From assembly GCA_030390025.1 (NCBI GenBank), contig CM059430.1, positions 73,346,001 through 73,410,000 of the forward strand: a stretch of DNA of 64,000 bases. The letters run 5' to 3'. Under the pieces are notes generated by a model. The model was not told where the DNA came from and ran no database searches. It saw only the letters and a program-made list of their open reading frames with translations. Made by a program: the position numbers and the translations under genes. The DNA comes from Squalus acanthias. Lineage: Eukaryota. Positions 53,061 through 64,000 of the stretch are shown piece after piece (within the stretch, counting starts at the first letter, position 1; the number at the start of each line of letters is the position of its first letter).

Positions 53061-53671
53061 TAAGTCTATTTCTCGTATGCCATACCCGTCTGAAATAGTG
53101 GAGCTTTTCAGCAAGTGGAATATTAGATAAATTTGGATTGCTTTCATTACTTTCATCCATTGCACCAAGCGATTGCTTTATTAACGAACAATGTACGGGT
53201 TACCGGCAGGACAGGTGTCTTATTTAACTGTTAATTTTAATTAGCGGTGCGATGAAGCGGTGCTTCACACAGAGAACTGGGAGTGTGAAAGTATTAGGCT
53301 TTTTCTCTCTTTCGTGCCGATTTTAACTCGCTCAAATCGATCTTAATGAGGCAATAATGTCCTCAAAATCGGTTTGATAGACTGAACGCCCTTTTAAGCA
53401 GACACTCTGCCCACTTCCAATTTTATAGTGAATTACCGTTGGCTGGACAAAGGGCCTGTCGACTCACGTAGTAGGTCCTTTTAAGGTGCACATCAGGGTC
53501 CTGTGACGTACAAAGGACTCCTTTTGCCATTTTAGGACATGACAAGGCGCCCTTCGCAGTGCACTCGCCAACTAGTTTTACTGGCTAAACGGCAAAAGTG
53601 TCACCAAAAAGGTAGGGTTTCTCCGCCTGGGTCTATAAAAACAATCTGTGCCGCTGCTCCTCAGGCTCTAA

Positions 53672-54563
53672 GGGGTAAAAATTCAGTTGGATGCGCCTCC
53701 CGTTAGCGCCTTAAGAGGGCGCTAATGGGGCGCAAAGCCGCTAACGCCCGGGCGCAGCGATGTTTGCGCCGCTCGGGAACTTAACTAGAGATTGTGCGGC
53801 GGCGCTAAAACTTACCGCTGCGACCACCTGCGCGCGCAGATTATGACTTAATTCCATGGTGCAACGTCCTTGTGGCGCCCCGGAGCGGAAATTGAGTGGC
53901 GCCCCCTGGCTTACCGCCTGGCGCATCCAACGACCAGAAGACTGGAACGCTATCAATCGCTGTGGGGCTGGGGGGCGCTATTTAAAGGGGGCCTCTTCCT
54001 GTCTTTTATTGTTGGTGGCATTTTTGAACTACGCATTCTGAGAGAGAGAGGGAGAGACTTCTGGAGCGATTCAACGTTGTGTGAAGGAGTTTTTGGGTAC
54101 TGAGCAGCACTTTGCAGGTTCATTTTGATTTGCCATTCCTTGTATAGATTTAGCAGAGATTGTGGGAGCTGCACTCTGAGCTCTTTGCCTGGTACTCTCC
54201 TTTGTTCTTTCCAGCACATTTGACGTGCAAGTCTCTCCAGGCCGAGATTCAAGGCTGCAATGAACAGGATGTGAATGGAAAGCAAGATTAACCATCCCCT
54301 TTAAGAACTGGCCCGTGCCATTGTGCGTGTGTTCCATTGCTGACTGACATTACATGAGCTTCGCCAGCGCTCTGAGGTAGCGCCTCACGCCTTGGCCTTT
54401 GCGCCTTAAGACAGGTGTGCAGCGCCTGATTTAGCGCTCCACTCACCTCCCGGGGCGGTAAAAGTGAAGTTTCCAGTCAGTGCCGATAATTAGCGCCAGG
54501 CGCTAATATTTGCGTCCAGACGATATTTGCGCCCCAAATGGGGCGCGACCTAATTTTTACCCC
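53672..54563. mobile_element. PIF/Harbinger MITE with TAA target-site duplication
   Basis: Perfect 12-bp TIR GGGGTAAAAATT/AATTTTTACCCC flanked by TAA on both sides, with GC-rich subterminal gcgcc repeats. Confidence 0.88.
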
Positions 54564-55129
54564 TAAGACTTCAAGTTTGCGACCGCCACGCCTGGAGTTA
54601 TCTTGCTGCCGCTGAGTGTTCCCCCCCCCCCCCATATAGAAGCCGATCTAACTGCATCAACATGTCCCTCTAGGGCAAGCAGCTCGCCGCTTCTATCGAA
54701 ATGAAGCCAGAACATCAAAATGGCTCCGTGTTCAGTCCTGCCGAATTGGGCCGTCCGCTGACCCAAAGGTTAAAGTTTACCCCAAAGTGTGTGCAAACGA
54801 ATATGCAGTAAGTTGTTGTTGGAAACAGTTCGAGACGAAAATGATTATCTTTTGTCTTTGTACACGCCTGTCGGTTCAGTACTTAAGAATCGTAAAATGA
54901 TGTGAGACACATACCAGGCGTAAACGTAATTCGGTATTTTACCTTCAAATGAACCATAGGTAAAATTTAAAGCTCAATGTGAATGTACTATCCTGTTCTG
55001 CCATTATTTCTCTAAGTAAATCCGGCTGTTGGTTTGCAATTGGCCTAATCTCTATAGATCGCTGAGCATTTCACCTTGTGGAAGGTGGGAGAGAAGGTGT
55101 TGGGACACACGAACGGTAACAGAATCGAT

Positions 55130-55200
55130 GGGGTGAAATTTGTTACACTTTTCATGTGTTGCGCTCGGTTTGCGTTGTGGCGCAAGGCAAATTTCACCCC
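55130..55200. mobile_element. 71-bp minimal MITE
   Basis: Perfect 13-bp TIR GGGGTGAAATTTG/CAAATTTCACCCC, with AT on both flanks. Confidence 0.7.
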
Positions 55201-55454
55201 ATAATACACAAAACAACAGGGAGTAAATTGCTCGTGGGAGTACTCTTAATGTTGAAGCATAGCGGGCTGGTACAACTGATAACATCATTATTATATTCGT
55301 TTCAGTGTAGGCACCTACAAGAAATGTACGAACGAAATTTACTTCTAACACGCATTGGTCTATACATATATGAAATAGTGTTACACATATACATGACATA
55401 ATTTTATATATATGAATGAAAAAGTGTTATATGTATATATGGAATTATCAATAC

Positions 55455-55565
55455 CTGCCCGTGAACGTCGTTCGTTTTCATCTGCTTGGGGTTTGAACGC
55501 TTCTTAGGGTCAGTAAAATTCAAAATTGCGTAGGTTAGATGTTCATCTGTGACGTCTTCCTTAAC
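55455..55565 (-). CDS. Gene 2 ITIM-bearing cytoplasmic exon
   Basis: ctgcag| ... CAG|gtattg, 111 nt, phase 0-0 (same length and phase as the gene 1 exon). Encodes VKEDVTDEHLTYAILNFTDPKKRSNPKQMKTNDVHGQ, ITIM LTYAIL. Confidence 0.85.
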
Positions 55566-56634
55566 CTGCAGCTCTATTTACAGAAAGTTAATTATATTAT
55601 AGGACAGATTGAGATCGGTTCTACATTTTTAAATTGAACCGTGATACTTTACCGGGAACCTATTTCCAAAATCCAATAGTGTTTTAATAAATTGATGTTT
55701 ATAAATAGTGCTTATATATATTTGTATTTTGATACCTTCATATCAGCGTATGTTATAATTATTCTCAATGCAGAATTGCTAATGACCCCCAACAAGAATG
55801 TTATATTTGGATTGGGTGCATAATTTTATTAAAATTCGTAGCTCTCCGTAATGCCCGTATGTTTTTGACTATCCATTAATATATCATATTTACTCGTTTC
55901 CAGTTCGGTCTAATTATGATTTGTACAGTAGAAGTTTTGCTCTTTTGGACTGCTTTACGTAGATTTTTTTTCTCTCTCGCGAATTGCATTTTGAACTTTA
56001 TAACAGGAGGATTATACATACGCACATGAAAACCCTCATTGACCTTCCTGACTCTTAAATATATCCAGCCCTACTGTCTCTGAGAGTTCTGTCTTTCTCC
56101 AAATCTCACTTATTTTGCAACTCCTGTCCATTGACCACATGACTGGCAGCGCTGTCTTTAGTCGTATAGGCACTATACTCTGGAATTAAATCATTAACCA
56201 ATCGGCTTCTGCACCTCTCTTTGCCCCTTTAACAGTAGCTTGAAACCGCCACTTTAATCAAGGTTTTCGGAAGCTCTCTAGGTAAAGCCAACTTTTGCAC
56301 CCTGCCAATTTTTGACTTAATACACTCCTGTGAAACATAGAATCAAAGAATAATACAGCACAGTAGGAGGCTATTCGGTCCATCGTCTCTGTGCGGTCTC
56401 TTCGGTGGAGCTATCCAATTGACCCTACTCATCCGCTTCTTTCCTCATAGCCCTGTTATGTTTTCCCCTTCAAGTATTTGTCAATCCCCTTTAGAAAGTT
56501 TCTATTGAATCTGATTCCACCTCTTTCCAAGCAGTGCAGTCCAGATCACAACAACTTGCTGTGTAAAAAATATTTCCTAATGTCGCCTCTGGTTCATTTG
56601 CTAATCAACATAAAACTATGTACTCTGGTAACTG

Positions 56635-56742
56635 TTTTTTTTTCCAGTTCTGACGAAAGGTCTTCGACCTGAAACGTTAACTCTGTTTCTCGCTCCACGG
56701 ATGTTGCCTGGCCTGCTGAGTTTTTCCAGCGTTTTCTGTTGT
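56635..56742 (+). mobile_element. ~108-bp hammerhead-ribozyme retroelement (Penelope-type tail only)
   Basis: Intact core AGTT-CTGACGA-A-AGGTC-ttc-GACCT-GAAA-CG-TT-AACT (56646-56682). TSD tactctggtaactg / tactcaggtaaccg. Confidence 0.8.
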
Positions 56743-58008
56743 TACTCAGGTAACCGACCCTTCTTCAACTGCAAAGAGTTTCTCTTTAGTTACTTTATGA
56801 AAACAATTCATGATATTAGCACATCTATCAAACCTGCTCTTAACCTTCTCTGCTCCAAGGAAAGCAACTACATCTTCTACAGTCTCTCTACATCTCTGAA
56901 GTCCCTCATCCTCGTACCATTATCTTCTGAAATCTCTCTAAGGCCTTGATATCTTTGCTAATGCGTGGTGCCCAGAATTCAGCACAATACTCCAGTTCAG
57001 GCCTAAACAGTTTTTCACAATGTTTCAGCACAACTTCCTTGCTTTCGTACTCTATGCCTCTATTAATAAAGCCAAGTTTCCCATCTGCTTTTTACCATCC
57101 TTCTCAACTTCTGCTGTCATCTACAAATATTTGTTACACATACCCCCAGTCTGCCTGTTCCTTTAAACGGTTTAAAATGTATAATTTAGGTTATATTGCC
57201 TCTCCTCATTCTTTGAACGAAAATGTATTACTTCACACTTCTCTGCATTACTTTCCATCTGCTATGTGCCTGCCTATATCCTCCCGAAATCTGTTACTAT
57301 TATCGACATTGTTTTTTACAATTCGGAGTTTCATGTCATCTGCAAACTCTGAAATGATACCCTCTTTACCCAAGTCCAGGTCATTAATATATATCAAAAA
57401 GAGCAGTAGTCCTAATACCGACCCCGGAAAACACAATTGGATTCTATTCCTCCAGTCTGAGAAACTAACGTTCACCACTATAATGCGGTTTCTGTTCCTT
57501 AGCCCATTTCGTATCAACGCTGCCATTGTCTCATTAATTCCATGGGCTTTAACTTTGCTAAGAATTCCAGTATGAGCAACTTTGTCAAATGCCTTTCGAA
57601 AATCCATATACACAACAGCAAATGTACTTCCATCATCAACGTTTTCGTTACTTCATCAAAAATTCGATTAAGTTCGTCAAACATAATTTGCCTTTAACAA
57701 ATCCGTGTAGACTTTCATTAATTCATCCATAGTTTTCAAATGCCAATTAAATTTGTCCTGGATTACTGTTCTCAAATTATCCGCACCATCGATGTTAGGC
57801 TGAATGGTATGTAATATCAGGGTTCATCCCTCTCCCCTTTTTTAAACAGCGGTTTAACATTTGCAAACCTTTGAGTCCTCCGGCACCACCCAATATATAA
57901 ATAGTATAGGAAGATTGTGGCCAAAGCCTTGGCAATTTCCCCCCTTACTAGAATGCGTCCCAATTGGACCGAATGACTTTTCTATTTTGAGGACTGCCAA
58001 TCTGTTAT

Positions 58009-58766
58009 TGGCCCAGATATTCCGATCACTGGCTTCCCGCTGGCGGAGGACTGCGATCTGGAAAAATCTGCTCCCTTACCTGAGGGCTCCCGGGAGGCGC
58101 ACAGTTCCGATGCTGGGCCTCTCCAAACTGCCGGTGCGCAAGGCCCAGGTATCCCAGAGGCGCAGGTAGTTCGCAGCGTCCCTGGGATGACGTGGGCCAT
58201 GGGGAGCCAATCAAAGAAGGGAATCTCCCTTCATACATTTGACAGGAAGACCTGTCAAATATATGTATGGGGATCACCCCCAAAACATAGTAAAACTTTA
58301 AATAAATTTTAAAAAACCATGATATTTTTAAAATGACTTGAAATTACAAATAAATTAAATATTTGAAACAAAACTTTCAATTTTTGAAAATAATATTTAA
58401 GTTTTTTACGGTGAATAAAATAAACTTACCTTTTTTTAAGTATTTTTAAATGATAAATCAGTGTAAATTTTTAAAAAACTTTTTATCAACTATTATCCTT
58501 GTAAAAGTAAGCCTTACCCCTGCTTTTAACAGGCACAAGAATTGTAAGGGTTTGCTGCGAACGGAGGGCCTCCAAAAAGCGGATCTATCCGCGCGCAGAG
58601 CCCCGTCTCCCGGGCAGCCGGAGGATCTGTCAAGAGCTTTCATGAAAGATCAGAAATGCCGGTTTCCAGCGCATACGCAGTCCATGCCTGAAACCGGCAT
58701 TTCCGATGTCCCTACGGGTGTGTACACAGCCTGTCCCCACCCGTAGAGATCGGATTATCCGACCCA
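58009..58766. mobile_element. Harbinger-derived MITE copy C
   Basis: TGGCCCAGATATTCCGATC ... GATCGGATTATCCGACCCA, same internal layout as the other copies. Confidence 0.85.
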
Positions 58767-60367
58767 ATATCTCCACTTTGTCTATTTTATTCCTATCCCA
58801 TATCGCTGTTATTTTCTCTTATACTGCTACATTGCAGCTTCCTCTTCACTAGTAAAGAAAGATTAAATTAATAATGTAATACATCAGTCGTGCTCTCTGC
58901 CGCCACAAGAATATTTCATTTTAGGCCCCTAATCGGTCTTACCCTTCCATTGAGTACCATTTCACTATTTATATATTTATAAAATACATTTGGTTTCCCT
59001 TTTAAGTTGCCGCTAATCTATTCTCATAATTACTTTGCCACTCTTGTTTTTTTTGGATCTCCTCTACACTCATTAAACATTTCCGTTACTTCATGAAAGA
59101 ATTCAGTCAAGTTCTTCAAGTAGGATTTGCCTTCAATAAATCCGTGCTGACTTTCAATTTTTAAGCCGCACTTTTACAAAAGCCAACGAAGAAGCTTCAT
59201 ATTTTGTTTTCTTCATCAAACGAATTAAATACATTCAAATCGTTGCTGCACGCTTGGGCTACGTCTTGATAATATTCAGCAGAAATGTTAGCTTGGTGAA
59301 GACACACGATGGAGGAATGGTGTAACATATAGCTATCACATCGATTACCTAGACCCACAATGGAGGCCATTAATATCAGCCATTCCGAAAAGAAGATGGA
59401 TAGTTTTCCTGGAAAGAAGTCATTGACGTATTATCCTGAATTCCTTTAGCTTTAATCCCGATCTCCAGAGTTGATTTTTGCAGGCATCAGCCAGAACACC
59501 CAAGAAATAGCGTAGATAGTTAAAACCCGCTATTTACGCATTTTTGTTGGGAATTTGCCAATCTTGCACCAAACGTACAGGCGTGGGTAAAACGTCAAAG
59601 AATTTCAGGCTGTAAAGGGGCATGGTCAACCGTGGAACGAGAATTACCGACCACGGGGTTGCAGCTGCTGGAGATTCCGAATGATCTATTAAGGGAAAAC
59701 CAAATACTTTTGGCCCACAACAAGATCATGGCACTGGAGCACACTCATATGCTGAAATATGTGAGCGTCCTTCGGCGCGAGATTTATTGAACACATGAGG
59801 AAATTGCGTAAAGGGCTGAGAGCAGCCTTTAAATAAGTTTCTAAAAGGTTTGGGCAAAAGGTAGCAGAAGGAAATAGAAACTCTCCTCCCAAGTAGCCGT
59901 CAGATTGTAATCGAGAGTTGTCAGACTTTTAGGGCAATTCGTACATCTGGCGGAGAAATTCAAATGAGTTCACCCGACCATACATGTAAAACTATCATCA
60001 CCCCCAAGGAAAATACCACAAACAGCAATTTTCTGAGCCAGTTATGCCCTTTCTGTGGTTGTTTTTCCAGATTTCCGTTGAAGTTAGGCCGAGAGACTGG
60101 CACGATTCCCATGAAATTTCGTAGCACATCTGTCCAAGGTGAGTTACAGTAAAACATTGCGCTGAATTTATATCCTTCTCCAAAAGCCACAATAGCCGGC
60201 TGCCTAAATTGTCAGATCTACAGAAGAATTGACAAGTGTTCTTAAATCTTATCGAATCTGTTTATCTTCGCTGGTGAAATAACTTGTTTTCTTCTTTTTT
60301 ATAGTCAGGCTAATATTTTGCAGACGAAACTAATCATTAATACAGAAGAGAAAAGGCGAATTCTTAC

Positions 60368-60481
60368 CTTTGAATCTATAAAATTTAAATATTTTCACTA
60401 TAGTGACCAACAATAGTAGAATTAACAGTCCAACACCAAGAGAGAGATACAAGGACACCAGTGGAAAGCCGAGGTCGGTAT
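60368..60481 (-). CDS. Gene 2 (paralogous SIRP-like receptor) transmembrane exon
   Basis: Minus strand gttttgcag| ... AAAG|gtaaga, 114 nt, phase 1-1. Encodes DTDLGFPLVSLYLSLGVGLLILLLLVTIVKIFKFYRFK. Ig exons are presumably beyond the right edge of the window. Confidence 0.85.
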
Positions 60482-62129
60482 CTGCAAAACAAATAGAACT
60501 TTCACTTAAAATCCAACCGATCAGTATCAGGGATTGGATGAATGATAGGAGAATGGGACTGAGAATCGTCACACTCTGAATTCAAAGGAAATGTATAAAA
60601 TATATAAAACCCGACTGTCCGCGGGGTTGTCCCTGGATCTCGCCAAAACATTGGCAGGGGGCCATTGAAACCCCCACAGAAATGGTGTAGTCTCTAAAAT
60701 TGTGCCAGGCTATGACTTGTCTCCCTGTGCAACTTCGAAGGGAGTTCGGCAGCATCCCCAGAAAAAAGTGTTTGAAATAACCATTTTTAGTTCTCTACAT
60801 TGTTTCTCTGATGTTTCGTTGCTCTTAAGTCCTAACTGATGTTACTAACTCAGTGGAGCCTAATGTAATTGCAGTTCCATGGTCTCTCGTTAACCTGTGC
60901 CAGTTGTTTTTGTATTAATGTTTCTCTCGCTCTATCTCCTCTTCTGCGTCTCTTATCTTCTATTGCCCCTTTCGTTGTCTGTCCTTACGGTAATATTTTC
61001 TTTTCTCTTAACCGTATTTTGCATCCTTCTCTGCATTTATACTCTGTCAGTTGCAGTCGAGTGTGATTGGTGGCACAGTGTAATTTGAAAGAGGAAGTTA
61101 TTATCTAGTGGCTGAAGTCTGCACTTTGGATGACTTTGCAAGGGCAATACAGCCTTCAATGACTCATTTCTCTGCCTTGCCCCAATTATTCAGCCCCCAA
61201 CCTTTTATTGCTCTAACTTCTCCCAAGCTTTAATTTTTCCACCGCTACCTATCCTTCGTTTCATTCCTCACTCCTATCAACATTGTCCTACCTCTTCCTT
61301 ACTGGACTCTCCACTCAGGCCCTACATACTCCTGTCCATTTACTCCTCTGTCACTCGCCTTACATAAGACCCTCCATCCGATTCACCGGGTCTGCACGCC
61401 GATTCAATCCTACAGTGTGTGTGGTGAGCGGGCTAAGTCACCCTTTTCATTTCCCGGTTTCCTGCCTCCTACTATTGTCTTCCCTTCGCATTCTTTCAAA
61501 CGAAGACGTCTCGGGCGATGGAGCAAAACCGGTGGTATCTGATCGGCCGCCCGTTATATGCAGTCCCTGATATTTAGAATCATTGACTGCATTGGAACTG
61601 GATATCAGGCGCTGCGTGTAAAGGGCAACAGATCCTATACCGCTTCTTTTGCGAGGTCACTCGAGACTATTTTTTAGCCCACGTTGAACTTGGTTTGGAA
61701 AGTTAACTTACTTTTTGAAAGAAATTAATTCAGAATGAGCAAAGTTTCTAATTGATCTCGCTCTCTCTCTCTCTCTGTCTATGCCTCTTGCAATCATTTT
61801 GATTTTCATCTCGGGGCGAAAAATAGGCGATGGCGAATCGGGAGCCCGTTTTGCACCTCCTCCGTTCCTCTGTGGATTTGATTTTACAGTTAGCTAGGGA
61901 TTAGATTTAAAATGACTCACTCTCGCTATGATATCAGACAAGTTAGCAGGTAGAATCTCTCCCTGACAGATGTGAGATTCTAGCATTTACTCTTCCTGTT
62001 TTATTTTATATCTATGTGTATTTTGGGGGGCATTCCCATTCATTCCCATTAATCCGTAAATATGGAATCCCCACATGTATGAATGCGGATGCTCTTCTGT
62101 CAGGCGTTGGACTGGCCAACGTGATGGCA

Positions 62130-62303
62130 GGAGAACTTCCAAACCGCGTGCACATGAGATATGTGATCCTCTCCCCGCGGGTACCCGGAGAGCCCCAGGA
62201 TCGCGAGTCTCCGTGGTGCCAAAGGCCCCAGGTACCTGGGCATTTTATTTTCGGATCGGAGGAATTTCCCTGCGGGAAGTCTCCGACCGAAAATTCAGGG
62301 CCA
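62130..62303. mobile_element. Partial MITE end (reversed)
   Basis: Ends ...cgggaagtctccgaccgaaaattcagggcca, the reverse complement of the family left end. Confidence 0.65.
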
Positions 62304-62899
62304 TGACTTCAGTAAGTAAGGTTTTTTTTAGACAGGAAATGAACAGACATGAGCCCATGAATTTCCTCGGAGCTGCCCCGCGCCCCACCCACCCTCCCGC
62401 CCGTCATCGCAACTTCCGCTCTGACATCGACGGGTAATTAGTTTATTCCGAGGAGAAGCTCATAAACTGCCCTTGTCATACGCTCAAACTCAAAATTTTA
62501 CACCGATCTCCCACCGATGTTTCTGCAAAAGACCTGGGCACCCCTCAGGAATCCACGGCCAAACTGCTTAATAAATATATTTATATAAAGGTTTGCTTTC
62601 ACGAAATAGTTAAATGTTGAGCAGCTGATTACCAATGACTGTTAGTCATAACCTCTCATTACGTGGTGCTTCATTTCTTTCGTTACTATTTGTATCAGTG
62701 ACGGTGAACGATTCAGGCTACTGATGCATTCCCGTGAACTTAACTAAATGTTTTTATAATGGGAATCTTTTTTAATGGCACATTTGGGATAGCGTAATTT
62801 ATAATGTTACTGTATCACCTTGATTTGTTTAACATTAATCCGAGGTACTGGAAGGTTTGGTGGGTAAACTTCCCATCCAGAAAAGAGCTAATACACAAA

Positions 62900-63624
62900 T
62901 GGGATGGATTTTCCAATCGGAGGCTTCCTGCGTGCGGATGCCTCCGATCGGAAAAAAATATATGCACTTACCTGCTGGCTCCATAGTTCCCGAGACTTGA
63001 GATCCTGGGCCTCTGCTCTACGAAATGCGCAGAGTCCCAGGTATCCCAGGGGCGCATGCGGTTCGCAAGCGACCCTGGGATCACGTTGGCCATGGGGAAC
63101 CAATCAAAGAAGGGAATCCTCCTTCACACATTTGACAGGTCCTCTGTTCACGGATCAGACAAAAGTATGAATGGTGATCAATTAAAAACACAGTAAAACA
63201 TTCAATATATATTAGTTAACAACACATTAAATTAAATATTTTAAAAAAAATTAAATTTTTTGAGAAAATCATTAAAGCTTTTGAGCGGGTCTAAAATAAA
63301 CTTACCTTTTTTAAAGCTATTTTAAAATTATAAATGAGTGAAAACATTGTTTTTCAAACACTTATCCTGGTAAAAGCAGGTCTTACGCCTTCTTTTAGTA
63401 AGCGTAAGATTTTTAATGGATTTCAGCTTGCGGAAGTTGTGCTGAAAGCGCAACTCCCTGCTCGCGGAAGCCCTTTGCCCGGGCAGGCGGATGATGTGTC
63501 AAGAGGATTCTTGACAGATCGCAAGTGCCGGGTTTTAGTGCATGCCTGAAATCGGCACTTGCAAGGCTCCTACGGGTGAGTAAACACCTCCTACTCACCC
63601 GTGGGGGTCCGAAAATCCGACCCA
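62900..63624. mobile_element. Harbinger-derived MITE copy D
   Basis: TGGGATGGATTTTC ... GAAAATCCGACCCA, with AAT on both sides of the GG...CC core. Confidence 0.82.
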
Positions 63625-64000
63625 ATAATAGAATAATGTGCGCGTATGGTTGCCCCTTTCTTCTGCTTTACCTTATGGGGACGATCCCGCAAACATCTGA
63701 GAAATGCTCTAAACCGCCGCAGACATTGCAACCTGACTTTCGCAACGGGAGTGGAGGTCTTCACTCAGAGACTCGTAGAATGTCCGTGGAGTTTCTGAAG
63801 CAGAATTTCACATTTTGGTGCATATTCCTTATGTGCTCATTCTTTCATGGGGACACGACGATTAACACCCGCCTGTGCTATGGGAAGGGACAATAAAAAA
63901 GCTCTTCTACTTCTAATATCTGGACAAATGTCCGTGCTGTAAACTGCAGGTTGCGGTCCGTCTTTTCCGTGTGTGGAAATGTCACCCGAAATCCTTTAAG

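Larger units (their letters stand above)
56336..59180 (-). mobile_element. CR1 LINE fragment in gene 2 intron, interrupted by a hammerhead element and MITE C
   Basis: YMDFRKAFDKVAH...GSVLG...FADD, with the tail at ~56336. Confidence 0.85.

Noticed and set aside
56946-57575. 209-aa plus-strand ORF
   Set aside because: It is the antisense frame of a CR1 RT remnant, as are many similar ORFs in the track.
1-64000. CRISPR arrays, prokaryotic operons, V(D)J recombination signal sequences
   Set aside because: No regularly spaced repeat-spacer array, the sequence is clearly eukaryotic, and I noticed no correctly spaced heptamer-nonamer pair next to an Ig segment (not exhaustively scanned).

Overview
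Eukaryotic (vertebrate) genomic DNA, very probably a cartilaginous fish (shark), judged from its repeat content: CR1 LINEs with (ATTCTATG)n tails, Deu-domain SINEs, LF-SINE-like elements, Penelope elements and Harbinger transposons. Almost all ORFs in the track are transposon debris or spurious. Host content is two convergent, intron-split, paralogous inhibitory Ig-superfamily receptor genes of SIRP-like architecture. Gene 1 (+) shows an IgC1 exon end, a TM exon and ITIM-bearing tail exons (1-11590). Gene 2 (-) shows a TM exon at 60481-60368, an ITIM exon at 55565-55455 and a probable last exon at 51696-51523. About 40 kb of nested mobile elements lies between them. Highlights: (1) three copies of a tRNA-headed, ORF1-less LINE whose 5' and 3' ends make up the LF-SINE-like SINE also present here, with the SINE body in frame with the endonuclease in one copy; (2) a ~108-bp hammerhead-ribozyme-only retroelement with a 14-bp TSD; (3) a decayed autonomous Harbinger plus its ~750-bp MITE family carrying promoter motifs and splice donors; (4) a splice-dependent ITSM in the receptor tail; (5) a 5-6 level nested insertion tower. 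Family names are from recognition, not database searches, and most repeat boundaries are approximate.
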